From contig OX597816.1 of assembly GCA_951406725.2 (NCBI GenBank), positions 114,638,001 to 114,702,000 on the forward strand: a stretch of DNA of 64,000 nucleotides, in the 5' to 3' direction. Positions 13,383-26,075 of the stretch are shown here, piece by piece; within the stretch, counting starts at the first letter, position 1; each line of letters opens with the position of its first letter. Under the pieces are notes generated by a model, which did not search any database, had not been told where the DNA came from, and saw only the letters and a program-made list of their open reading frames with translations. The translations under genes and the position numbers were made by a program. Source of the DNA: Octopus vulgaris. Lineage: Eukaryota.

Positions 13383-13606
13383 AAACACACATACACACAC
13401 ACACACACACACACAGAAACACACATACACACACACATATATACGACGGGCTGCTTTCAGCTTCCATCTACCAAATCCACTCACAAGGCTTTGGTCAACC
13501 CGAGGCTATAGCAGAAGACACTTGTCCAAGGTGTCACACAGTGGGACTGAACCCAGAACCATGTGGTTGATAAGCAAGCTACTTACCACACAGCCACTCC
13601 TGCGTC
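13128..13606 (-). mobile_element. SINE family A, full length
   Basis: Reverse complement of 7483-7892 and 16593-17040. Confidence 0.9.
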
Positions 13607-13775
13607 TATATTTTAATATCATCAGGCAATATATTACTGGTTATAGCATATGACTAGTCAGAGAATTCAGAATGCCACTATTGGTTTTGCACTAAGTATG
13701 GCTACTAGAATTTTACAAGATTATTTACATACATTTATTAATTTATCTAATTAATTATTTTATTGTTTTTATCTT

Positions 13776-13858
13776 TAACCTGAAGAGTGGCTATATTTAT
13801 ATTGATGTGATTTTACTATTATCATTTCTTAAATATAGCCACGAAACACATATCGTTA
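13776..13858 (+). ncRNA. Type I hammerhead ribozyme fold (PLE-type); stem III mismatch
   Basis: taac-CTGAAGA-gtggctatattta...taaatatagccac-GAAAC-acat-ATC-gtta; 13-bp perfect stem II, 4-bp stem I. Confidence 0.7.
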
Positions 13859-14008
13859 TTCTACCAAATATATACATTTTATTTATTATTTTGCCCTTTA
13901 CTTAGTCATTGTTATATGTTTTATCTTATATTTAATCTTTCTATAAGATGTAATTTTTCTAAATGGTATAATTTAATTTTTCATTAATGAATTGATAAAA
14001 GGTCGTTT

Positions 14009-14049
<41 letters not shown>

Positions 14050-14074
14050 GTATATATGTATATATATATTTCCT

Positions 14075-14157
14075 TATTTCCTGATGATGGGGACATTGTG
14101 AAACTAAAGAATTCATACCTTGTAGACAAATGGACTCCAGAAACTGCTGTTGAAATA
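14075..14157 (+). ncRNA. Type I hammerhead ribozyme fold (PLE-type); GUU cleavage triplet
   Basis: tatttc-CTGATGA-tgggg...ctcca-GAAAC-tgct-GTT-gaaata; 6-bp stem I. Confidence 0.7.
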
Positions 14158-14743
14158 TATCTTATATAGTGCTATAACCATCTATAAACATTTCTTTAGA
14201 ACTCTTAAAACACATTTATCCTCATTATTTCTCTGACTTTTATATCCATCATTAAGATTTCTCACTGCTGTCGATGTATCTTACAACTTTTAATTCTTAA
14301 TTCAGCATTTTTAATCTTAAATTTAATATGAGTTTTAATCAATGAATCACTCTTTATTTATTTATTCTTTTTATATATATTTTTCCCTCAAGTATTTCTT
14401 ATTTCTATTCTAAATAATGTTCCTTGGCTTAATGTATTTATTGTGTTTTATGTAATTATTATGTTGAGGTAAATCATAACTATAGGATGATTATCTAAGT
14501 TTTGTTTCTTCTTAAACCAAGTTAAATATTATAAATGTTGATAGGTTACTCTTTTAAATAGAATGAGCTGAAAAGCTGGTACTAAGCAATTTTTAACATT
14601 TTCTGTTAATGTTTCAAAATTTCTGATTCTATTTTCTGTGAAACTTCTAAAAATAAACATTTTCTTATTTATATTTTAGGTGTTCAAGACTCAGCTGAGA
14701 TTTGTATATTCATCTTCATCTTCCTTGCTTCCATGCACAACAG

Positions 14744-14878
14744 CTGTTGGCTGTGCCTGCCATTGTCAAACGTGATATTTCGCATGAGCATCTGATATCA
14801 AAAGTCATGCGTGTTACTTCTGCTATTACAAAGCCTCAGCAATCATGTTTTGCACTTTGCCTGCCTATTGAAGGGAGG
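14744..14878 (+). other. Candidate exon (alternative upstream acceptor at 14680)
   Basis: Pyrimidine tract ending caacag|, donor AGG|gtttgt; 135 nt open in phase 0 (LLAVPAIVKRDISHEHLISKVMRVTSAITKPQQSCFALCLPIEGR); non-repetitive island. Confidence 0.45.
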
Positions 14879-15449
14879 GTTTGTCCTTTGAATCATGATA
14901 GTCTCTACTGTCTTCCTTCATTGTGTGTCTACATCTATACACACTTGCACACTTGCCCATGCAGATACATACACATATGTGCACACTCATGCATGTGCAC
15001 GTATGTGCATGCTCATGCACCTATACATACACCTGTGCACTCACACATGAACACACATACAGACTTGCACACACTCACACACTCATACACACACACACAC
15101 TCATACACACACACACACACACACAACACATTATTTTTTCTTTGTACCATTCATGTGTCATGTCAGTTTCCCCTCTTCTGTTGCCTTTCAACTGGTAGGA
15201 TTATTCACTTTTTTCCCTCTAGGTGTAAAAGTTGCCATTCATTGCTCAATGAAAAACATAGGGTGGAAGTTCAAATTCAGTTAAAGTTTATTATCTTGTG
15301 TAATATTTACGAAATGAATTTTCCCCTGATAATCTATTTTAATCTTCAACATAAAACTGAAACTGAAGTTGAAAATATAGTTAAAATTACATATTCTGTA
15401 TTGTTGTATCTTTCTCCTCATCATTTGTAGATACATTGTATTTCATTTA

Positions 15450-15655
15450 TAAGGTGGCAGGCTGGCAGAAACGTTAGCATGCTGGGCGAAATCCTTAGCA
15501 GTATTTCGTCTCTCTTTACATTCTGAGATCAAATTCCACTGAAGTCAATCTATTCTTTCATCCTTTCAAGGTTGATAAATTAAGTACCGGTTGTGTACTG
15601 AAGTTGATCTAATCAACCCCAAAACTTTTGGGCATTGTGCCTAGTGTATAAAAGA
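15450..15655 (+). mobile_element. SINE family B with TSD att(g/a)tatttcattt
   Basis: Head taaggtggcaggctggcagaaacgttagc; 14-bp flanking duplication. Confidence 0.85.
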
Positions 15656-16592
15656 TTATATTTCATTTGTACAACTCAGAAACTAAAAGCCCTTTTTGAT
15701 TTTAAGTTATAGTTAAATTTTCCACAGTTATAGTTAAATTTTCTATGCAAATAGAATAACACTGTGTAACATGATTTTTGTCCTGGGTAGCAATGGGTAT
15801 TTCCTATTTACTTACCCCTAGAAAGTATGAAAAATGGCTACTATTTCCTTCAGACTTTGCTTTTGTTACATTTATCCAAATTTTAATGGACACCTTCAAC
15901 ACATGGCTATGATGTTCCCCCTCTTCACCTGCTCATGATCAGAGATGCACATATTGACATGCTCAAGTGGTTAAAGTCAAACAACTGACAAGCAAATTTG
16001 TGGCATTGAGCAGAATATCTGTTATAGCAGTATTACTGCTTCAATGCTGAATATGTCTGAAATGCAATGGAAAATAGGTCAGTTTCAAAACATTGATGTC
16101 CAGGACACAAAAGCAAAGCTTGAAGGGAATAGCAGTCATCTCCTTTGATTTCTAGATAATAGCAAATAGGAAACAACGCTTACTGAGCAAAAACAAAAAA
16201 GAAGATAAAAATTTTGTTACACGGGGCAATATGAAATTGAAGAATGTACAGTGATGCATATGGCCACTGAGTCAGATGTGTTTAGTAGCACTTAAAAAGC
16301 TTTTCAACAAAGTTCATTGAAACTGGTGAGGATTTGCCTGGTAAATATTTAAATCTTACTGAAGATACTTAGCTTCAAGGACAAAAGTATTGTTTGCATT
16401 TTTATTTCATTTTATTTTTTCTCTCTCCACCAAAAGGGTCATCTGTTTATATTGTCTTCAGGAAGGTGAAATTTTTTGGTGCAACTGTAAATCACCTTTA
16501 TACAAGAGTTTACAATATCTATGATTTATGAGGCAATGTTTATTTATGAAATTTTAGATAATACTGCAACAAAATATTTGTAAAGTAGGAGC

Positions 16593-16757
16593 GGCGCAGG
16601 AGTAGCTGTGTGGTAAGTAGCTTGCTTCCGAACCACATGGTTCTGGGTTCAGTCCCACTACGTGGCACCTTGGGCAAGTGTCTTCTACTGTAGCCTCAGG
16701 CTGACCAAAGCCTTGTGAGTGGATTTAGTAGATGGAAACTGAAAGAAGCCCGTCATA

Positions 16758-16825
<68 letters not shown>

Positions 16826-17040
16826 CGTATGTGTGTGTGTCTGTGTGTTTGTCCCCCCAACATCGCTTGACAACTGATGCTGGTGTGTTTACATCCCCGT
16901 CACTTCGTGGTTCAGCAAAAGACACCAATGGAATAAGTACCAGGCTTACAAAGAATAAGTCCTGGGGTCAATTTGCTCGACTAAAGGTGGTGCTCTAGCA
17001 TAGCCACAATCCAGTGACTGAAACAAGTAAAAGAGTGAAA
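16593..17040 (+). mobile_element. SINE family A, full length
   Basis: As for 7483. Confidence 0.9.
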
Positions 17041-17721
17041 GTAGGTAGAGTTTTTTCTTTATCTAATTTTTGCATTTATAAATTGAGGTCCTGTTCTATA
17101 TTTAGTGTATCTTGACCATTTCGTTAACTTACTGGGATCAACATAAGCAACTAACCCCTTCCCTCAAAATTTCAGGCCTTGTGCTTATAGTAGAAAGAAT
17201 TATTTCATGTCAGCGTCTTTTAACATATGTTCCAAATACCATTTTAATAACAAAGAAGGTATTTTTTAAACTAATAGTAACACCACTCTCCAGCTGTTTT
17301 TTTTTACAAGTTTGTGTAGTTAATATGTATATTGTCACCTGTTTTTATGTGTGTGTATGTGTGTGTGTGTGTATATATATATAAACGTTTTCTAAGCGTC
17401 ACCCACTTTTCTTGTCTTCTGGGCCCCAAAGCAGTATTTTGTTCCACTGTATGTCTTTGTCCACCGTCCCAAATCACACTGTGTCGGTTTGCTTGTTTTG
17501 CTTTGTTTTGTTTGCTCTTGTCCCGAATTCTACACAAAAAGAAGAACTTCCTTTTGCAGGCACCGCCAATTGGGAAGCATTCAGCTTTATCATTAAAAGT
17601 GTGAAACTGAAAAAGTACCATTTGTTGATAAGTGATGAAGAATTATGGACTTTCTGTTTGTCTCATGTTTATTTTTACATAAAGTATAAGGTTTGTTGTT
17701 TGTTTATATATTTTTTCCTTT

Positions 17722-17790
<69 letters not shown>

Positions 17791-17949
17791 ATTACACTGC
17801 CTGCTATGTCCTAACTAACTAACTAACTTTCATAATATGAGATACTTAAGTGTAATTTGAGGGAAATTTCTTTGCTGCTTCTAATAAGTTGAGTTCTTCT
17901 GGTTTGTGTTAGAGTGGTTATGAATTACTTAGAAAGAGTGTGAAAGATG

Positions 17950-18870
17950 GTGGAAAGACTGACTGGGCATGGAATATTCTGAACTGAATCTTGATGCCAT
18001 TGGTCAGAAAATACATTGCTGCACTTATCCTCAGGGACTGTGAAGACACAGTGAAACAAGAGTGCTTTTATAAAGCACAAGTTGTTGAATAAAGCACAAG
18101 TTGAACCAACAGGGTGGTTAGATATCTTGGTTAACTTTGGTTTGGTTGATAGAACTATTAAGAAAATCAAAGGCAGTGAAAATGGCATTCTCAGGGATAG
18201 TTGCAAAGATGTTAACACAATATCTTGAAATGCAGTATAGACTGGAAGTTATAGAGACTGATGAGCCAAGTCTTTGAAATAGCTTAAAAAACTTTGCTAA
18301 AATTATTTTCAGAAAGACTTATCTTGGATAAGTGTCAGCTGTCATATTTGTGGTAAAATATCTGCTAGAGAAGATATTAGGTAGATAAAACCATTCTGAT
18401 ATCTATTTGTTGATCTGGACATCTTTAACAGGTTCCATCTTTCACTTCTTGGTGGATATGAATCAAACTATATGTAGATATATGACTTGTGAGAACTGTT
18501 TAAGCTATGTGTGAAGAAATGTTTGGGAGGTTGCAAATTTAGTGAGGAATTTCATGTACAAATAGCTGTCCATCATGGTACTATTCCCAGTCTTTTTCTC
18601 TTCATTATAATTCCTTAGATTATAACAAGAAGTCCTTGGGAAACTTTACTTGCTGATAATCTAGTTCTTATTGTAGTATTAGCTAAAGAATTTCAGAAGA
18701 AGCCCCACTCCTGGAAGTATAGTCCAAAGGCCTGAAACACAAAATCTCATTTACCACCTGGTGCATAATTATTCTTCATATGTAAGAAATATGTATTTTG
18801 GCAATTGATTCTGAGTAAGAAGGACAATGAAAGGTTACACAAAAGGTATGTGGGATCTCTGGCCCACAGA
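17950..18870 (+). pseudogene. Highly decayed RTE-like LINE reverse transcriptase
   Basis: EEFHVQIAVHHGTIPSLFLFIII and PWETLLADNLVL resemble the GVHQGSVLSPLLFII and PWELLYADDLVL RT motifs. Confidence 0.65.
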
Positions 18871-18959
18871 CGACCTGGATATTAGATGTCTTTAATTCAC
18901 AGGATTAATTAGTATTATAAGAGCTGGGATCAGATATCCATAAACTATGATGGAGTTGA

Positions 18960-19720
18960 AAAGGTAATCTCATAGGATTGGTTATCGTTGACGCTCTCAG
19001 AAAGTGAACCCCACCCATATATCTTGACGTATAGAAATAAAAGCCAAGCAATCTCATGCTTATATGAGCAACTATGCCATGAACAGATTTAAAAAGGATT
19101 TTAAAAAAAATATTTAAAGAGATTGGCTTAAATATAACCATTAGAGTTAACTTAATGAAAGATATAATGATTAATCTAAATGCAGGCAAACATTACCCTT
19201 AGAAAAACCCATATGCGGATACCATATATATACGCACAAAATACTTTAAAAATCTAAATCCTTTGCGTAAAAATGTTTTCATTATAATTGTGAAATATTT
19301 AATCCGATAATTACTTTTACAGCTCATTTTTGTGAGTTAGATTTTAGTGTTGGCTTTAATGTTTGATGTGATTTTGGCACCCTTTGTAAAATATTTTACA
19401 AAGAAATTAATGGTGTTTGTATTCTTGGAGTTTCAACTATTTCTGTATACCTCTGGTTCTGACATCAGGTTGTGTATAAGCAGCAAACTCGATGTATTAT
19501 TCTGTTCTGGAGTTATCATGTGCCCTTATGACCGCGTGTGTACCGTTGGCAATTATTTTCCTCTGTTTTCCCTTCTTTGGATTTTTCCTTTTCCTATGTT
19601 TCTGACGAAGAGCTCTGCTCGAAACGGTAAACCCTCCTTCTTTCCTTCTTTCCTGAGCGTCCAATCATACTATACTTGTTCCATGTTCTTGTGTTGTGTT
19701 TTCATGTTTGGATTAACTTT
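18960..19720 (+). mobile_element. Penelope-like element fragments (RT relic plus terminal repeat)
   Basis: KKIFKEIGLNITIRVNL..NLNAGKHYP resembles PLE RT; followed by a hammerhead-bearing terminal repeat ending at (TA)n; inverted partial copy at about 21878-21975. Confidence 0.65.
19598..19633 (+). ncRNA. Minimal hammerhead fold (PLE-type, degenerate)
   Basis: gttt-CTGACGA-a-gagc tct gctc-GAAAC-ggTA-aac. Confidence 0.55.
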
Positions 19721-19799
19721 ATATATATATAATATAAATAATATATAAATATATGCATATATACATACATATATGTACATACCTATATCTATATGTATA

Positions 19800-20125
19800 T
19801 ATACATGCATATATGGGTACAGGACATCAAGAAAACGTTGAACAAAATGAGAAATGCAAACATAAAAACAAAAACATAGAAACAAACTTTTTTTCAAACA
19901 ACGGAAAAAACAGAGTACAAGATATACAACACAAGGAATATTCCCCTTCTTCAGGTGTCACTGTTTTGTCTACTCCGCATTTCGAAGGTAGGGAAAAGAC
20001 ACGACTTTATCGAAACAGTCCTTCCCACAAAGTGAATTAAATAAAATTTGAGATTTTGTGTGGAGGGTAAAAGTGGTAACCAGAACAGGACAGTAAGAAC
20101 AAAACAAGACAGTAAAAACAATATA
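19800..20125 (-). mobile_element. Penelope-like terminal-repeat family copy (paralog at 58400-58800)
   Basis: Co-linear similarity 'gtacaggaca.caa..a.acgt.gaaca.aatgagaaa..aaacata..cacaaa'; adjacent to (TA)n. Confidence 0.65.
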
Positions 20126-21305
20126 TAAATACTTGAGTTTGAGAAATGTATTCTTGTTGAGCTCACAATCATAACATGGTCCAGTGTGGAATGTCATATC
20201 CTTAAGCAAGGTGCTTCATTTCATGTTACTCCAGTCAAACTCAACTAAAAAGGAGTACCTACCAGGTGTTGACAGAGCTCTCACTCTCTCTCATTCTCTC
20301 TGCCTCCTGCTGCCATGTCTCTAATTTTCTACTTGATCAATGGGTGTTAATGGCTGAGAGGGTGTCCATTTGTGCTTGTAACAAAACAAGCAAAGAAAAA
20401 AATTAGCAAAAGTATGGTGCTAACTACCTGGTCATAATTGTTTGGTAGGTGCATTAAGACTAAATAGTTAAAGAATTTACTTCACAACCATAAGGTCTCA
20501 GGTTCAGTCCCACTGCATTGCAGTTTTGGCAAAGTGTCCCCTTTTTAGAGTCTGAGCACAATTTGTATCTTGCAAGTGAAATTCAGTAGATGGAGATTGA
20601 AATTGTATAGATACCTGACCATGTCACAAACTCTGTCGTGCTTATTATGCATGAGAATTATATTAATGGTATACACGTCTATGGAATACTCTGCCACTTA
20701 AATGCTAATTCAATGGGCATGGTAATTCAGTTGATTGGACAACTGAATTCTTATTGAACAGCAAAGCACCATCACCAAGTTCATATAGTATGATTTTTTT
20801 AAATTTTCAAGTGTCTCACCATTTTAGCTATACCTATATGTCAATACTTAACTATCACTCAATCTCTATCTCTTTCTCTCCGCACACACAAACACACACA
20901 TACATATACACATACACACACTTGCAAACAGATACATGTGTGCCACTTAATATTAACGAATTAGAAAGTTATATAAATATGTAAACAATAAAACTGAAAA
21001 GACAAAATGTAATAACCTCTAGTGGGAATTACACTATACATCTCCTTGTTAAATTTCCCATTGGGAAATATTAAAAAATTTATGGTATTGAATATATGTA
21101 TATCGGTGAATTTAAATAGAAGATTTCAATTGCCACTATTAAGTATATGTGTTAGTGTATATATATATATATATATAAAACAACTTTCATAACTATGCAT
21201 ATATATCTGTATTATATGTGTGTGTGTGTGTGAATTGATATGTATATAAAACACATGCACAGATATGCCTACACATTCACACATATACATACAAGCACTG
21301 TCACC

Positions 21306-21338
<33 letters not shown>

Positions 21339-21763
21339 GCACGCACACAAATCCCACAAGGGTTGACAAAAACATGAATTAGGAAGATTTGCATAATCGA
21401 ATATATATATATATATGTATACATGTGTGTCTGTGTGTATGTATATATGTGTATATATACATGTGTGTCTGTGTGTATACATATATGTATTTGTATATAA
21501 ACAAATTTATAAATATATATATATGTATATGTGTATGTATATATTTACACATATACATGTTGTCACACATGTGAAAGCATAATCTCTAAACAGATTATTT
21601 ATTTTTTTAACACTCCAGTGTGGGAAGAATGTTTTACCAGTTTCAGCCACTTTAAATATATTACCAAAATATTTTCGATTCTCAGTGAGAAAATTTCACA
21701 GTCTGTTTGCATGCTATTTATGCTTATTCATATGAATATTTGTATGAATGGATATCTTTTCAA

Positions 21764-21800
<37 letters not shown>

Positions 21801-21806
21801 TGTATG

Positions 21807-21855
<49 letters not shown>

Positions 21856-21976
21856 GTATGTATGTATGTATGTATATAGTTAATCCAAACATGAACAAAG
21901 AGAAAACACAACAACGCGAGGACGTGGAACAAGTATAGTGTTATTGGATGGTCAGGAATGGAAAGAAAGAAGGAGA

Positions 21977-22018
<42 letters not shown>

Positions 22019-22197
22019 ATGTATCTATATTTCTAAATATATGTTCATACATATATAAATGTGTAATATATATATATATTTTAATATTTAACTTAGGCAT
22101 AACTATACTAATAACTTGGTGTTAGAACTCAGTATACATACTCGTATGCTTTAGATGAGTATAGAGCAGAATAAGAGATCATATAAATGAGAAAGAA

Positions 22198-22422
22198 ACA
22201 AGAAATTATGTAATGAATGCATTAGTGTACAGGTATTTCTGCTGTAATATGCAATGCACTCTTATTTGAGTTTTTGTATATGACTTTATAGCTTCATTGA
22301 TGCTTCAAAACTGAAGTTCTGATGAAGCTATGAGGTGATACACAAGCATTCAAGTCTGAGTGCATGGCATGTTGTAGCAGACACAGCTGTAAGCTAATGA
22401 AGTTCATTGCATAATTTCTTGT
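22198..22422. repeat. Imperfect palindrome/hairpin of about 225 nt
   Basis: acaagaaattatg...ctgctgtaatatgc..tgcactc..tatagcttcat pairs with atgaagctatga..gagtgca..gcatgttgtagcag...cataatttcttgt. Confidence 0.85.
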
Positions 22423-22436
22423 CCCTTGTCATATAT

Positions 22437-23330
22437 ACATACATGGTCTAATCAATAAGTATCTGGACTGTTGCAATAGTAATGAAGCTAAAGCATGCAG
22501 AATGAAGCTGCTTGGCACAGATTAACCTTAAACTCTGCTGTGCATGTGCACTAAATTTTAATGTTCTGGTTCACTTCTGCTGTTTACAGCAGTGCTTGGA
22601 AGGAAGGTGTGTAGCATGTGTTCATTGCACTGACCATGACAAAGTTGAGCTGAGAATCTGCATCAAATTTTGCCAAAATCTAGGTGATACCTGCTGAAAG
22701 GCCTATGCAAAGTATTCAAAAAGTTTTCATTGTTCTCAACACAATCAAGGAGATCTTGTGCAACTGAAACCTGAGTGTCCTTTTGGTTAGCTGAAAGCAG
22801 TTTTGGCACAAACTTGGCAGACATGCATCTCATATCTAAATCTTCAGTGATAATGGACTGAACTGAACCGTATCTAATCTGCACATCCTCTGATAAGTCA
22901 CGGATGGTGATACAATGATTTCCCCTCACAGCTGCATGCATATCTGCGATGTTTTCCTCAGTTCGGCTGGTTGTGGGTCTCCCAGAACGTTTGTGAATAT
23001 CGACAATTTTCAGCCATTTTGGAAACGTCTGAACCACTTGTACCCTTGTGTGCAGCTCATACACTCCTCTCCATTCACTTTCTGCAACTTTGCATAGGCC
23101 TCTGAGCAGGTATTGCCATGACAACTTTCTCTGTCATGGTCAATGCAATGATAACCCACTACACATGTTCCTTCTAAACTCTGCTGTAAACAGTAAATGT
23201 GTGCTAGAACATTAAAACTTAGTGTACATGCACAGCAGAGTTTAAGGTCAATCTTTGCCAAGTGGCTTCATTCTATGTACTCTTGCTTTGTTACTATGAC
23301 AACAATTTGGATACTTATTGATATCCATAT
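22437..23330 (-). mobile_element. mariner-family fold-back derivative with inverted arms of about 250-280 bp and an N-terminal HTH coding relic
   Basis: Minus-strand translation YKWFRRFQNG..RSGRPTTSRTEENI..ITIRDLSED..GSVQSII..SAKFVPKLL; 22437-22720 is an inverted copy of about 23085-23330. Confidence 0.85.
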
Positions 23331-23491
23331 ATGTGTGTGCATATATATGTGTGTGTATGTGTGTGTGCATGTGTGTGTGTGTGAAGGGATGATAATGAAA
23401 ATGAGGGATGGATGTTAATAGGAAATGGTTGCAAGGGAAGAAAGAGGTAACTTGTAGCATGAAAGGAGGAGCACAAAATATTTACTGTTTC

Positions 23492-23700
23492 TAAGATGGT
23501 GAGCTGGCAGAAACATTAGCACACCAGGAGAAATGCTTAGCGGTATTTCATCTGTCTTTATGTTCTGAGTTCAAATTCTGCTGAGGTCGACTTTGCCTTT
23601 CATCCTTTTGGGATCAGTAAATTACTGGGGTCGATCTAATTGACTGCCCCCCACCTCACCCAAAAAGATTTCAGGCCTTGCGCCTAGAGTAGGAAAGAAT
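23492..23700 (+). mobile_element. SINE family B
   Basis: Family consensus with CpG decay. Confidence 0.85.
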
Positions 23701-23749
23701 ATTTGCTTTTTCTGCACTGTATAACACATTAATTAAGATATATTAAAAG

Positions 23750-23992
23750 AAAATACATAGTGTACCATAGATAAGTAAACAAAGAACTGCACATACCGTA
23801 TGGAAAACGAAACTCAGGAGGTGAGCGTGTGATCTTGTTTTGCATTTATGATAGAAAATTATAAAAATGATATACAAATTATAAAAATAATAATAAAATA
23901 TATACAGTACAGTACTGTTTCTACTTTGTGGATTTTCACCTATCACAGAGGTTTTGGAATGTAACACCCACAATAGTCGAGGGATTATTGTA
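23750..23992. mobile_element. Tigger/pogo-like element end
   Basis: 3' terminus ...gtaacacccacaatagtcgagggattattgTA resembles a pogo-type TIR. Confidence 0.5.
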
Positions 23993-24782
23993 TGTATATA
24001 TATCTGTCCATAGGTATTGTTTTATTATTTTTGTCAATATTGTAATATTTCAACAATCTTTCAATTTCTCTCATTCTCTCCCGATCTCTTACTCTTTCCC
24101 TCTCTTTTTTTTTCAACTAACTTCTTCTCTTCATCAGTGTATAATACATATTCAAGGAGAATTCACTCGCTGCATATTTTATTTCATTAATTAATTTTAA
24201 ATAGCAATATTTGTTACCAGAATATTAAATTCAGATGGATCTGCCTTTTGAAGAAATTAAGAAGCTCTTTTTTTTTGTTAGAAAAAAGATAAGATATAAC
24301 AAAAAAAAAATTGCAATTCTTTTTAAAAACAAAATAATAAAAAAAGTTTATGAATAATCCAATCCTGTTACTGTATATACACCAACAACACATATATATA
24401 TATTCTCAAACACAAGTGTATATACATTCACAGCTATTCATGGAGAAAAAAATTTCAAATTGAGATGGAGCCATTTTCTAATGATATTTCATATCAACGA
24501 TAAATGGATAAAACTTAAAGCTATTACTTATTCAAGACATTTCGCTAAATACTGCAAAGTAGGTTTTATACTTATACAGACACATGCCATTTTGCAAATA
24601 TGATATGCATATATGTATGTATGTATGTGTGTGTGTGTGTGTATGTATGGATGTATGTATGTATGTATGTATGTATGTATGTATGTATGTATGTATGTAT
24701 GTAGTATGTGAGTATGTGTCTGTGTGTACGTATGTGCACATATATACATATGTATATTTGTACCTGTCTATCTATCAGTTTG

Positions 24783-24854
<72 letters not shown>

Positions 24855-25289
24855 TGCAATATATTCGATAACAATAATAAAAATACACTCTCTCAGCTAC
24901 AATAGACAATATTTCTTCACGTAAAGGATTTTTAGCAAAGAACTCACTGAATGTGAAAAAAATTAGTCAAGCCATCATCAGGGGAAATGATGAAAGAGAC
25001 TATCTATTATAAAAAGATTCTCAAATCCATTTGGTTGAAAAAACCCTGAAATGTTATAAAGGAACTGAAACATTTAAAACTCCGATATTGTCTTTTTTCT
25101 TAGCAAAAAATTTTGCCCAGTGACTTGAGAAGCTAAAGTCACTGAAAATGTATAATGTTGAATTAACTTACAGAGATGATGATGATAGCAGTAGTAGTAG
25201 TAGTAGTAGTAAAAATAATAATGAAGCCCATTTGATTCCAGGATCATAAACAAGACAAAAATAAAAAATATACAATCCCTTAAAATTTG

Positions 25290-25580
25290 AAATTGCAAGA
25301 ATTTGGAATAAGAAAGCTGTAAAGGTTGTGTCTGAACTGTATGCAAAGCTATAGATAAACGGTTGAAGGAGATTGGAATAGAATGTCCTGTAGAGCTTTT
25401 ACAGGAAGTTTGTCTCTTAGAGATGGAAAAGATTATCAGGAGAGCTCCAAGTACTTGAAAGACTATTGAAAGCTTGTGGTTACCTAAAGTTACAGGTAGT
25501 AACCTGCCGTGCCCACATAGATTTTACCAGGAATAAGACGAAATCTGAGTTAAATCAATAATAATAGCGATAATAATAAA
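25290..25580 (+). mobile_element. R4/Dong-like LINE 3' tip
   Basis: RLKEIGIECPVELLQEVCLL..KIIRR followed by a TAA-like tail. Confidence 0.6.
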
Positions 25581-25797
25581 GTTAGTAGAAATAGAATATC
25601 TCAGATACAATAGACAATATTTCTTTGTGTAAAGGATATTTTTTTGTGAAGAATCCAATAAATATGAAGAAATATTCAAATTCAAGGAATATATAATTAG
25701 ATGTGATAATCTAAAAATAATTGGCACTCAAAATAAAGACACTGTAAAATATAATGAACTGTATGTATATATAGTAACAAATACATACATATACATA

Positions 25798-26075
25798 TAC
25801 AGGGGTTGGACAAAATAATGGAAACACCTAGCATCATAGCATCATAATTTTGAAATATCTATAAAACCATCAAAAGCTTGTTTATTTTTATGTTTTTTTT
25901 TATTTAATATTAGTGTTGTTTAATGTGTTTTGCTAAAATTGCTGTTTCTTTTTAGATATCACTAGAAAAAGGTAATTAAAATTCATTAAAATGACAGATC
26001 TATTGGACTTTCAAAGCAGTCAAATTGTTGGTGCTTGTATGGCAGGTGCTAGCATAATGAAAACAGCCAAAATGG
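25798..26075 (+). mobile_element. Tc1 5' end (TIR plus N-terminal coding relic)
   Basis: TA|CAGGGGTTGGACAAAATAATGGAAACAC; MTDLLDFQSSQIVGACMAGASIMKTAKM. Confidence 0.75.

Noticed and set aside
14680-14878. Selenoprotein reading of TGA-only stops in the candidate exons
   Set aside because: There is no selenoprotein motif, and no SECIS was identified by eye.
18258-18290. CTGATGA...GAAA hammerhead-like match
   Set aside because: There is no stem II or stem I pairing, and it lies in a decayed LINE.
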